Assembly (NCBI GenBank): GCA_951406725.2
Contig: OX597821.1
Coordinates: forward strand, 3,782,001 to 3,846,000
Direction of reading: 5' to 3'
DNA from: Octopus vulgaris
Taxonomy: Eukaryota
Length of the DNA: 64,000 bases
The translations under genes and the position numbers were made by a program. A model generated the notes under the pieces. The model saw nothing but the letters and a program-made list of their open reading frames with translations. It was not told where the DNA came from and did not search any database. Shown piece after piece: positions 28,589-41,162 of this stretch. Positions within the stretch are counted from its first letter, which is position 1. Each line of letters opens with the position of its first letter.

Positions 28589-29133
28589 CGACCAACCAAT
28601 GAATATCGCCTATGTGTGTTACTAACTTCATTTTTTCATTCTGAAACATCTTCACACACATAAAAGCGAGTATGTGCACTAATACAGACTTTTCTGTGTA
28701 CGAAAGAAGCATTTCCAAAGACACATCTATCATACATATGTTTGTGTGTGTGCGTCTGTATGTCTGTCTATCTGTCTGTGTATATGCATGTGCGTGTGTA
28801 TGTATGTTTCGCGTATTTGAAATTATGCATAGATGCAGGAAATCAATTCACAAAATGATTTGCATACGCACATCTATGATTTTGTGTGCAAATGTGTAGA
28901 TTCAGCTAAGACACGCTTCTACACAAATAATGTTTCAACCGCACACACCAAATTATATAGACCCTACACACAAAGACGCACACAAACGCACTTATGTATA
29001 TATTCGTGTGTACGTACACACACATAGACACACACACACATACACGTATATGTATCCGTGCATATATATATATATATACGTGATATACATAGCATGCTGG
29101 CCGTGTGTATGTATATATATACATATATAAATA

Positions 29134-29198
<65 letters not shown>

Positions 29199-29678
29199 TT
29201 ATATGTATGTGTGCATGCATATATCTATGTATGTGTTTCTATATGGGCGAAGAGAATGGCGGACAGAGCAGAGAAGAGAGGATGAGTTATGTTGGTGTGT
29301 AAGTATTTATGTAGACATGTATATTAGAATTGAAATTCCATACGTCTGTTCCATTACCTGTTTTTCGGATCAATTCCACTGTCAAATACAATCGATATTC
29401 GTTCCATTCTATGTTTCTGCTGCTTCTGAAATATATTGTGTTAGGAATAAAGTAATTGATTCTTTCAATATCTGTATTCATACCATGAAATAGCTTACCA
29501 TACGAAAAAAAAAAAAAAATTCAAACAGAAAATAATATACAAGACAATCCCTGAAGATGTTGAATTCAAAATACGCACACACACACACACATTTAAAAAT
29601 TGTGAAATATTGCCAGAAATATAGCATTGGATGTTTATGTTGGAAAAGTTTTACTGGACTCACACGCACACACGTACG

Positions 29679-29722
<44 letters not shown>

Positions 29723-30404
29723 TGCGCATACTTTGTTTCGGAAGCTACACAGTCAATAATAAGAGAAAGGGTATTCTTTCTGCCGCCGGTGTTATGGAGT
29801 TTATTCACACATGCACTCACACATGTGTATATATCTATGTCATTATGTATGTATTCTTTACCCCTTCCACTTCTGGCAGTCAGTAGAGTGCGACCATGCT
29901 GCAGCAAGGCTTTAATGCTTTTAATCGAACAAATATAACCCAGTACTTTTTCTAAAGGTGGTACTTCATGTATCTCTAAATTTTTCTAGAATCCCTAGGT
30001 TAAGCATACGTAGAAAAAAAAACAACGCTGATTTTCAAGCGGTGGCATGAGACGAACACAAGCAGAAAGTACACAAACACACACACACATACACACCCAC
30101 ACACACACACGCACGCACAAATACACGTAGGTATATTTTTATGTGTGTTTGTGTATGTGAGTGCGTATGTTTAGGTACAGTTAGATATGGAAATCTGGAG
30201 ACATATGTAGAGTTATTGTAACATTTATACACATCGAGTAACGTTTGCACATTGCTTTCTTTTTGCGAAATATATATTCTAACACTGTTATGTGATTCCA
30301 AGACTCCAGAAACAGTTTTCGGGCCGTACGTACTACAATTTGGTTTCTGCGACTTTATATACCATGTAAATATTCTTTGCAAATATGCTTATATAAACAT
30401 ACTT

Positions 30405-30601
30405 TTTACTTGTTTCAGTCATTTGATTACGGCCCTGCTGGGGCACCGCCTTTAGTCGAGCAAATCGACGCCAGGACTTATTCTTTGTAAGCCCAGTACT
30501 TATTCTATCGGTCTCTTTTGCCGAACGGCTAAGTTACGGCGACGTAAAGACACCAGCATCAGTTGTCAAGCAATGCTAGGGGGACAAACACTGACACACA
30601 A

Positions 30602-30692
<91 letters not shown>

Positions 30693-30859
30693 TACGACAG
30701 GCTTCTTTCAGTTTCCGTCTACCAAATCCACTCACAAGGCATTGGTCGGCCCGGGGCTATAGCAGAAGACACTTGCCCAAGATGCCACGCAGTGGGACTG
30801 AACCCAGAACCATGTGGTTGGTAAACAAGCTACAGACCACACAGCCACTCCTGCGCCTA
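30405..30859 (-). mobile_element. SINE family 1, full length
   Basis: Reverse complement runs from TAGGCGCAGGAGTGGCTGTG to GGTGCCCCAGCAGGGCCGTAATCAAATGACTGAAACAAGTAAAA. Confidence 0.92.
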
Positions 30860-30939
30860 TATATTTATACATGAATATTCATAGTGTGAATATGTTTGCA
30901 CTTTGTCACTATCTATATATTTATATATATATATAGCCT

Positions 30940-31242
30940 TTTTATTCTTTCACTTGTATCAGTAATTTGACTGCAGCCATGCTGGAGCACCACCTTTAGT
31001 ACACCCAGGACTTATTCTTTATAAGCCTAGTATTTATTGGATCCATCTAAGTTACGTGGACATTGACATAGGAACATTTGTTGTCAAGCGATGGTAAAAG
31101 GAGAAACATAGACACATAAACATATGCATATAGATATGTATACATAGGACGGTTTTCTTTTAGTTTCTGTCTACCAAATCCATTCACGAATCTTTGGTCG
31201 GCCCGAGTCTATAGCAGAAGGCATGGCAATTACCCAAGGTGC
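30940..31242 (-). mobile_element. SINE family 1, older and 5'-truncated
   Basis: Degenerate match to the adjacent copy. Confidence 0.8.
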
Positions 31243-31316
31243 CTATATATATATATAAATATATATGTATATATATATATATATATTTATGTATACATAT
31301 ATATATACATACGTAC

Positions 31317-31391
<75 letters not shown>

Positions 31392-31400
31392 TACATATAT

Positions 31401-31458
<58 letters not shown>

Positions 31459-31460
<2 letters not shown>

Positions 31461-31690
31461 GAGCGGGATGACCACTATATAGACAACCCTTATGCTAGAA
31501 GAATATCTGCTATGGTCTTACCATTAAGAAATATTCCGAAGAAAAATTTAGCAAATACCAGAACGTAAGTGAGCAGGTCAAATGAAAAGTAACGAAAATA
31601 TAGATTATTCACATACGTATTTTACTATGAACAGATTACGTAATTTTACTTACGCAATTTATCCGTAGATCATCAGTGTGGCCGTCAATA
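31459..31690 (-). mobile_element. (TA)n-anchored Penelope-like terminal fragment; its first ~50 bp recur at 31998-32047
   Basis: GGATGACCACTAT.T.GACAACC.TTATGCTAGAAG occurs twice. A degenerate hammerhead lies on the minus strand at 31631-31679 (CTGATGA present, GAAA mutated). Confidence 0.4.
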
Positions 31691-32202
31691 CAAATATAAT
31701 TTGCAGAACTATACATGAGGGCGTCCGCACGATGTCGGACTTTATCTAGTTCTACCTATTATACTTGTGGCTATTTTTCAAAAGTCCTCTTTTTTGCTCG
31801 TTAAATTACCGGAAAATAATACTGCGGAAAATATTTTACTGCAGTGACTTTTGCCGGTTAGAGAACGTATTCATTTAAATTTAAATTTTAAACGAGGGTG
31901 AGAAACTGGATATAATTTAATTAAATTAACATCATCTTAACACCAGTCGTCTAGCATATAAAAATCTGAAAGTTCAGTAAATTGTATTATATACATATGA
32001 GATGGATGACCACTATGTGGACAACCATTATGCTAGAAGTAGATCCAATTTCTCACTTTCGTTTTAAATTTATATATATATAAATACACACACGCACAAA
32101 CACACACACACATATATATATATATATACCTATATATAGGTGTATATATTGTCATATATATATATATACACATATATACATGTATGTATATGTATATATA
32201 TT

Positions 32203-32268
<66 letters not shown>

Positions 32269-32291
32269 TAGATATATACGTGTGTGTGTAT

Positions 32292-32580
32292 GTTGAATAA
32301 AATTAGACATCAAATCCAAGGCAGTGTCAAATTTCTAGGATATTTATATAGAGAGAATTAGTTTTACACCTGTTTCAGGTATATAATGGTTATGTCATCA
32401 TCAGAAACGATATGAGTGTGTTAAACATAAGGTAATAGTAGAGGTCAATATTGGGGGTTATTTGGGAAAGAGAGAGATATAGGAAGTATAAGGAAAAATA
32501 TGTGAACAGAAATAAAAAAAAATTATGTTAAAGTTCCATTATCCAAGGAATATGCTCTGTAGAGTGTATAAAAAAACATT
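32292..32580 (-). mobile_element. Penelope-like terminal fragment with a hammerhead-like motif at 32361-32408
   Basis: Minus strand reads GTTT-CTGATGA-TGACATAACCATTATATACCT-GAAA-CAGGTG-TA-AAAC. Confidence 0.5.
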
Positions 32581-32611
32581 GTCCATACATGCGCGCGCGC
32601 ATACACACACA

Positions 32612-32742
<131 letters not shown>

Positions 32743-33112
32743 ATATATTTATATGTGTGTGTGTGTATTTATACGTTTATCACTATTTACGATTCTCTCA
32801 ATATAGACATAGAAATAATCGGACTGAATACCCGATCGTGCGATTAAACCATTGGGAGTGAAGGAACCCTAGTCTTTGTTAGGGCATCCTTCAAGGAGAA
32901 GTTAACTCAGTTAACCTGCGGCTGAGTGGTTACCGATGATGTAGACCTGTTCTTCTTTTCGGATTAGGGTTGCTGTTGCTTTGTGAGTGGGATTGAGTCA
33001 GTGCACAGCCTTTCCTCACTTTAAAAAAAAATCTTCTTGCACAGGCATTGCACGATAACAACATCGTTTAAGCTTCGCGCAATGGACATACCCGATAACG
33101 AGGGGGCAGCCA

Positions 33113-33149
<37 letters not shown>

Positions 33150-33352
33150 AGAAGAAATATGCACAGCTAGAAGACAGACAGAGAAGGGGAACGAGAAGGA
33201 ATTGAGTGTTGGTGAGAGAGGGGGTGAAACATTGAGAATATTACAGAATCATGTATTATAACGCACAATCTCACAGATAGTCATGTATGCACACACGCAT
33301 AACACACAGGACACACATCCAAAGACATTCACACACACACACACACACACAC

Positions 33353-33400
<48 letters not shown>

Positions 33401-33609
33401 GATGTACAGAGAGGGAAAGAGAGGGAGAGAGAGGGAGAGAAGGAGGGAGAGAGAGATAAATAGATAGACAGACAGGCAGACAGACAGGTAGATAGATAGA
33501 TAGATCGATAGATAGATAGACAGATAGACAGACAGATAGACAAATAAGCAGACGATGTGGCTTCGATGTGGATTGAGGTATAGAGAATAGATGACATACA
33601 TAAGTATAT

Positions 33610-34740
33610 GTTTAAGATATATTTGGGCATAACTATATTTAATTCGGTCTTATATTATTCATATTTTTTCAATTCAAGAACATGGCTATCGTTTTTATAC
33701 ATCTTGTTAATTCTTTCTCAGGGTCGATTTGACAAAATCCTTATTTGTATGCATTACTATAGATGTTTTTGTTACTCTTCCGCGGTTAAATTTTTAGGGA
33801 AATTCGTTTCAATTAAGTTTCCACTCACTGAAATTTTTACGTATTCTTTTCTTATGTGTTTCGTTATGTCTCTATTCAATGATGACAATTCTGGGAAAAT
33901 TTCTGCTTATACGCATCATTCCCCTACCATGTATGTTCCTATTGATATCGATCTTGTAATTGGGAAACGGAAATATTCTGCAGGGTATATATTTTCAATA
34001 AGAACCGAAGCTAAAGGAAAGTTTTCGATAAGTATATATTTTCGATATGTATATATTTCCATAAATCAACATCCCCAGATGAAGTGAATGATTATTCACA
34101 TGGAAAATGTCAAGAAGGTAATGAATTCATATATTTACATTTTTGTATATAATGATAAATCCAGACAATTCAATGACTACCAGGATCTAATAATAAAGAT
34201 TCTTTCTTGAAGACTGCAATATGTACTGTAAAAAAATTTACTTCGTTAATACTCTAATGATACAATGAAAATACATACTTAGGTGTATCTTTCGATGATT
34301 TAGATAATATGAATTTATATTTAATATAAATTTATATTAGCCATTGAAAAATATTTCATTTTCATTATCATATCGATATTATAGATAGGTTCGTTGTAAA
34401 TCTGATATTTCCTTGTTGCTAACATCTATTTTGCATTACCACTCTGCAAACATATTTACTCATTTATTTTCTTTAATAAAAATCCATGATTTTACTTCAT
34501 CCAGTCATTTTTAATCTGCAGTCTAGCCGTACATTACATTTATCTTCATATTTAAATAAGAAAAAACATCCTTGTGTATGAAATTAAATCTATATTTTTA
34601 CGTCTAACATCTGAAGTAAGATTATTTTTTCTTTCATGATATTATATTAATATTCAATTATTTACGCTAATACCGTTGAAAACTGATTTCCTCGTTACAC
34701 TGATCATGTTTAAGAATATTTTTTTCATTAAGATCTAATC
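33610..34740 (-). pseudogene. Heavily decayed Penelope-like RT/linker remnant
   Basis: Minus-strand peptides VDLWKYTYRKY..YPAEYFRFPITRSIS and KLIETNFPK..KFNRGRV resemble the PLE 'LDL..TYKPY..SNHP..ISRRIS' and 'LIDKHFP..IFNRN.VK' segments, in the expected order. Confidence 0.4.
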
Positions 34741-34782
34741 GAGGCGACCAATAAATTCTATGTCTAATATACCGTATTTAGT

Positions 34783-35222
34783 CCTTTCTACAATAAGCGC
34801 AAAGTCTGAAATTTTGGGGAAAGAGGTAAGTCGATTACACCGAGGCAAGTGTTTCAACGGCGCTTAATTTAGCGACCCAGAAGGATGAAAGGCAACGTCG
34901 ACTCCGACGGCGAGCTGGCAGAAACGTTAGCACGCCGGGCGAAATGCTTAGCCGTATTTCGTCTGCGTTACGTTGAGAGTTCGAATTCCGGCGAGGTTGA
35001 CTTTGCTTTTCATCCTTTCGGGGTCAATAAATTAAGTACAAGTTACGCACTGGGATCGATGTAATCGACTTAATACCTATGTCTGTCCTTGTTTGTCCCC
35101 TCTGTGTTTAGCCCCTTGTGGGTAATAAAGAAATAGGTACTTGAACTCAAAACGTGAAGATAGACTAAATGCCTGTAAAGAATTTCGCCGGGCGTGCTAA
35201 CGATTCTGCCGGCACGCTACCT
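34783..35222. mobile_element. Nested SINE family 2: a + copy (34908-35135) inserted into a - copy (34783-34907 plus 35136-35222)
   Basis: The minus copy breaks after GGATGAAAGGCAACGTCGAC and resumes at TTGAACTCAAAACGT, on either side of a complete plus copy. Confidence 0.85.
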
Positions 35223-35228
35223 ATTTTA

Positions 35229-35379
<151 letters not shown>

Positions 35380-35457
35380 AATGTGTGTACCGTCATATAA
35401 TAAATTAATAAATAAAACATATGCATATATACATACGTATATGTACGTACCTACCTC

Positions 35458-35495
<38 letters not shown>

Positions 35496-35624
35496 GACGT
35501 AGGCACGTACATATATATATGTATATGTGCGTATGTATATGCATATATGCAAATATATATATATATATATACACACATATATATATAAATATACATATAT
35601 ACATATACATATATATATATATAC

Positions 35625-35689
<65 letters not shown>

Positions 35690-35765
35690 TATATACATAT
35701 ATATATATATGCATATATATATATATACATATATAAATACATATATATATATATACATAAATATA

Positions 35766-37722
35766 TCCTTAAATCCTTAAATCCTTAAAAATGTTTTAGC
35801 CCGAAGGCCGCGGCCATGCTGGGGCACCACCGCTGAATGAGCTACACTAGTTTGTGAATCCACCTCTGATACGTGGCACTTGATCAACAAGGGAGTTCGA
35901 TGCTGCTGCCCGCATCCGTGTCTCCTGTCGTGAGGTAGGTTCATCTGGGACTCCAACAAGAAAAGATCCAGTTTAGTTTTAAAGAAACCCACATCCACAC
36001 CATGTAAGTCTCTCAGGCATTTAGGGAGGATGTTAAAGAGCTGTGGGCCTCTGAAACCCAAGCTGTTGCAGTATCTGGACCTGAATTTTGATGGTGATGT
36101 TGGAATCCTTGGCACCACGAAGCGGCGCCCCGTTCTGCGGTTGGAGTAACTTTGAATGCCAAAGTTTGGGACAAGACCCTTTCAGGATTTTCCAGATGTA
36201 TATCACTGCATATCTCTCCCGCCTCCGCTCCAGGGAGAAGAGGTTTAATACCTTCAGTCTTTCCCAGTAGCTGACATTTTGCATTGAGACGATTTTCTTT
36301 GTGTAGCTTCTCTGAGTTGCTTCGAGTTCTGCTCTTTGTTTTATATTGTGTGGTGACCAAAGTTGGGAGCAGTAGTCCAAGCGGCTGAGGACGAATGTTT
36401 TCCATAGGACCATCAGTGTCTCCTTCTCTCTTGTTCTGAAAGTTCGGAGAATCCATCCAGCTAGCCGTCTGCATTTTATCACCAGATTAGCAATATGCAT
36501 TTGGAAAGATGCATCATTGCTCATGTCAATGCCCAGGTCACGCTCTGATTTTGACTCAGGGATTACAATTCTTCCTGGGCCAGTGTATCCAGTCTTCACG
36601 TCATTTACCTTTGTGTGCCAGTAGCGCAGGGCCTGGAACTTACCTGCATTAAACTGCATGTTGTTGTCCTCAGCCCACCTGTATATTGTGTCCAGCTCAT
36701 GTTGCAGATGCGCAATATTTTCAGGGTGTTGTATTGCGTGGGAGACTTTTGTGTCATCTGCATAGCTAGCAAGGGTGGTCATCGTAGCAACTGAAGGCAT
36801 GTCTGAAAGGGCCACTATGAACATCAGTGGCCCGAAGACAGTGCCCTGTGTGACACCGCTTGTTATTTGCGTTTCCTTGGAGGTGGCTCCATTGCTCACA
36901 ACTGCCTTTTTTCTGTCTTTTAGGAAGTTGTGCAGCCACTCTCCAAGTTTCCCGCCTATGCCGAGACCACGCAGTTTGTGACAGATCATACCATGGTCGA
37001 TTTTATCAAAGGCTTTTGCAAAGTCAAGATATATTACATCCACATTTGAGCCATTTAGTAGCTGTTTCAACACCCAGTCATAGTGATGCAGGAGCTGTGT
37101 TAGGCAGCCTCTACCTGGTCGAAATCCATGCTGGGTGTCAGACAGTAAGTCATTTTCTTCAAGGAACATGATTGGTTTCTTACGGACTATTCGTTCCATG
37201 ACTTTGCTGATGTGTGACGTCAGAGAGATAGGCCTATAATTTTTAGCATCTGCTCTGCTACCTCCCTTATGGATAGGGCATATTACTCCCTCTTTCAGTT
37301 TGACTGGGAGCTTACCACTTGCAAGAAAGCTCTGAAAAAGAAGCTGTAGCGGTTTTGCAAGGGCTCATTTGCACGATTTGAGAAGGATCGCTGGGAATCC
37401 ATCAGGTCCAGCAGCTGAGTTTGTGTCAATCTCATCAATGGCTAGTGTGATATCATCATCTTCGATGTTGATGTACTCAATTTTTGTCTCTTTGGCCGCT
37501 GGTAAAGTGGCAAAGAATTCTTCTGGGTTGTTTACTTGCCTGTGTCCTAGAGGTGTAGTGAACACACTTTGGAACTGTTCGTTCAGTATTTCACTTATCC
37601 TCGTGGGGTTTCCTGTGAGAGAGCCATCTTTTTGGAAGAGAGGTCCTATTCTCTGGTGCATTGTGGCTGTCTCTTTGGCAAACTTAAAGAAAGCTTTAGG
37701 GTTTGATTTTATATTTTCTATG
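35766..37722 (-). mobile_element. 5'-truncated CR1/L2-group (Jockey-group) LINE: RT domain and 3' end with a (TTTAAGGA)3 tail
   Basis: Motifs AAGPDGFP, PIHKGG..NYRPISLTSHISKVMERI, QHGFRPGR, YLDFAKAFD, SGVTQG..GP, YADD and LERRRERY. The tail reads (TCCTTAAA)3 on the plus strand at 35766-35789. Confidence 0.95.
35847..37722 (-). pseudogene. LINE ORF2 reverse transcriptase, disrupted
   Basis: In-frame TGA at 37365 (SCK*ALAKPL), and frameshifts near 36180 (WKIL/GLVPNFGI) and near 35953 (DLFL/GVPDEPT..RAAASNSL). These join ORF-track entries 37365-37757, 36033-37199 and 35777-36118. No endonuclease domain. Confidence 0.9.
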
Positions 37723-37740
37723 TTGCAGGTCCTGCAACAT

Positions 37741-38105
37741 GCTGAATTTAACAACACAACACATCACATGCTCTTAATCCCTTTGGATCTTAACACCTCA
37801 AGGTAATTTTTTGGTAAACAACCATAAAACTCAAGATACACAACGAACTCACAATGTATCGGAGAACTTATTTTTTAATTTTTGTACATTTTTATCATTA
37901 TTCTTTTACAAAAAACATTGCAATTTTCTTTTTTTCCCCTTTCTAATTTTTAAAAAAACTTCTTAAAACATAAATATTCTTGACAAGTCATACATTGACG
38001 AAAACCGGTTGAATAAATATATATATTTATATATTTTATCATTTTCTCATTTTATTAAAATTTTCTTTCATTTGAGCATTCTGCATTTTTAAAAAAAATT
38101 TTCCT

Positions 38106-38108
<3 letters not shown>
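37741..38108 (+). mobile_element. Penelope-like 3' fragment with a variant hammerhead at 37975-38015, abutting the LINE 5' junction
   Basis: TATTC-TTGACAA-GTCA-TACAT-TGAC-GAAA-ACCGGTT-GAATA, followed by an AT-rich tail running into (TA)n. Confidence 0.5.
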
Positions 38109-38161
<53 letters not shown>

Positions 38162-38273
38162 TATATTTATGTCTAGGGTTAATATTGGTAATTATATATA
38201 GTATAACTGATATTTTTATCCGTTGGACTGTTACTCAAACCTCTAACACTACTACCGTTTGTATATACAAATA

Positions 38274-38480
38274 CAGGGTTCGCCAAAATTTACATGACAG
38301 TAATTCATAACCATTTAATTCCAAGATTAAATCAAAACAATATTTTATATGACCAAAACGATGATCTTAATTAACAGCATTCAAATATTAAACATTCAAA
38401 ATTGAAATGAATAAATAAAATTGAATATTAAGCGTTTCTGGATTTTTGATTTACTGCCTGGTGACGTTTGGCTAAACCTG
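38274..38480. mobile_element. Tc1/mariner-type MITE (~207 bp)
   Basis: TA|CAGGGTTCGCCAAAATTTACATGACAGTAA ... TTACTGCCTGGTGACGTTTGGCTAAACCTG|TA. Confidence 0.7.
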
Positions 38481-38496
38481 TATGTATATGTGTGTA

Positions 38497-38722
38497 AGGC
38501 GGCGAGCTGGCAGAATCGTTAGCACGCCAGGCGAAATGCTTAGCAGTATTTCGTCTGCCGTTACGTTCTGAGTTCAAATTCTGCCGAGGTCGACTTTGCT
38601 TTTCATCCTTTCGGAGTCGATTAAATAAGTACCAGTTACGCACGGCGGTCGATATAATCGACTTAATACCCATGTCTGTCCTTGTTTGTCGCCTCTATGT
38701 TTAGCCCCTTGTGGGTAATAAG
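38497..38722 (+). mobile_element. SINE family 2, well preserved
   Basis: GGCGGCGAGCTGGCAGAATCGTTAGC (A-box-like)..GAGTTCAAATTC (B-box-like)..core GTCGATTAAATAAGTACCAG..tail TTTAGCCCCTTGTGGGTAATAA. Confidence 0.92.
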
Positions 38723-38809
38723 ATATATGTATGTATATATATGTGTGTGTGTGCGTGTGTGTCTGTGCTGTGTGTCTGTGTTTGTATGTATTATGTATTT
38801 ATATATATG

Positions 38810-38858
<49 letters not shown>

Positions 38859-41162
38859 TATAAGAATATATGCAACTGTTCCAGGCATTTTTTGCGATGT
38901 TTGCAATATAGAAGAAACAATTCTCGTCGTCACTTTTCGTAGTCGTAAATATGTATATTTTGTTGGTTTCGACGATGAGTTTGGGGTTGTCGATTATTTT
39001 AATAACCTCTTGATGGAAATAATGTTTAACAGACTATGTTTTCTGCAGGTATGTGTATCATTCAGTTATTCTTCAATTAAAAATGGGGCAAAGTTCCTAC
39101 TTATTCAAATGTATGCAGACACAACGCACACTTTCGCCGCATGCGAATGGCAAAATACCACTTAAAATGCTACACCAATGCGAATGAGCCTGAAACAACT
39201 TGACTGGAAAGCATACTTCTTAACCAATCGTTTATGTTGACATTTATTAACTCGATGGTTCTATGCAGTTTTTCTTTTCGATATAATCTAAATGCAATTT
39301 TGTCTCTTTGAACAATTCCTCATTATATTTATGAATGGATTGTTTTGTTATTTTATGATTCACAGAAGGGAATGTAAGGGGGTATATGTAAAATAAATAC
39401 AAACTGAGGAAACTATAACACTAATATACGAGTTAACTATGCGCTCGGTTGAATTTTTAAACTAGGAATAATCCCCTTAGAATTCCACCACAATGTCTTT
39501 AAAATTTAAGACATATTGAATAATGTAGTTAGACATTAAGTCAGAGGATGCAATTACTATGGCTGCACATCTTCTGTGAAAGTCTTATTTGATCAGGCAT
39601 CCATGAGTCTAAACAAGAACTATATTTAATATGGCTTCACTTACATGTGAAAGAAATTTAAATTTTCCAAGGAAGTCGTATCTTTCTCATATAACGTTTC
39701 ATCATGCTTCTAAGTAATCAGTGTAGAAATATCCGTATTAATCCGTTACTAGGTTTGCAACATATAAGTAAGTTAAGGATTTATGTTCCAAATTAATTGT
39801 GGGAATTACCATAAATATGTCCCACTGATTTTGAATGATTCCAGTATGAAATATGCTCCTTAATTAGAAATCAAAATTTATTTCAATTAAATTTTCGTTG
39901 TTGAAATCTTTCCGGTTAGGCTGACATATCAAAATGTAATAGAGCTAATTATTTAACGTATCTTTACTTTGTTACAAATTAACTCCATCCAATTCGCATT
40001 CTAGCTACATCTAGTTAATTTTATTTAAGGCTTCCTCTCGCTAATTGAATTATTCTATACAAGAATGTGGCACCATATGGTCCTTCATGAGAAGGGCATT
40101 TCATTGTAATGAAAATGTAATTAATTGAAAATGTCGACAACTGCTGAATATAAAACCACCTCACAAGAATACTAAATCTTAATACAAGGCATTAAAGGCA
40201 TAACTAACTAAACCCCGTTTGCTAATTGGCTGTTAATTATATGACAGTATTGCTCATCTGCTTGGAATATTCTTCAGATATTTTCGGAATAAACGTCTGC
40301 TATTTTAAGCATGACTCCTTTATTGTCAAGAAGCCAAGATATTTTAAAACAGAGAGAGAAAAATAACTATTAATATTTGATAACCGCAAGTAATGAGAAA
40401 TGCACAATTTCTGTCAAACGAAGTATTCCCCAAGGACAACCATAAACCTGAATAACAGTTTCGGGTTGTATTATTTTGTTATTTAGTATTTTGCTCATAC
40501 TGGCGTAATAGAAGGATATCAGACAAAGCATGGATTTGCTAGCGGTAATAATAGTTGCGCATGTAAATGAATGCGGCATTAACAATCACCTTGCCGCAAA
40601 TGATCCTACTTGCCGTCATTTCCACCACTCAGACCTCTGAAATTAAATATCCGCAGTTATTTTCCTTTCTGAGAAGTGTAGATTTTGTTAAAATCAGGTC
40701 AAGAATTTATAAATAGTTCTAAGAGCGCTTTTTTTATCACTTCGTCTTATACAAATACAGTGAAAACATAGTATAGTTGGTAATATGAATATGATTATCT
40801 TTTTCCTGACAAACGAATATTAATCATAATGATCTTGAAGTTTAACAAAAAATTAAATAGAGATATTTTAGCGAGACATACTGCAAAAAATTTCGACGTT
40901 TCGGAAAATTGATTTCTTTTGGGGAAGCAAAATGTCAAGACTACATCAGAATATCTAAGAAGTAAAAGAAATACGATAATTAGGTTTACTAATTTCGGTG
41001 ACAAACAAAACAATTGAATATTATTAACTTAAGAATGAATAATTGAAGACAGAATAAAATTTAAACAGTAGGGGAATACAGGTAAGGATGAACACCACAA
41101 AATAAGAAAGAAAAACAGGGAACAGTGTGACCCAACAAAAATACAAGTAGCGAATCTCCACA

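Noticed and set aside
32812-33115. Higher-GC block ending in (TA)n, possibly a LINE 3'UTR
   Set aside because: Single copy in the window with no ORF or diagnostic motif, so it cannot be classified.
33608-34087. 159-aa plus-strand ORF as a host gene
   Set aside because: No recognisable domain; the opposite strand shows decayed Penelope-like motifs.
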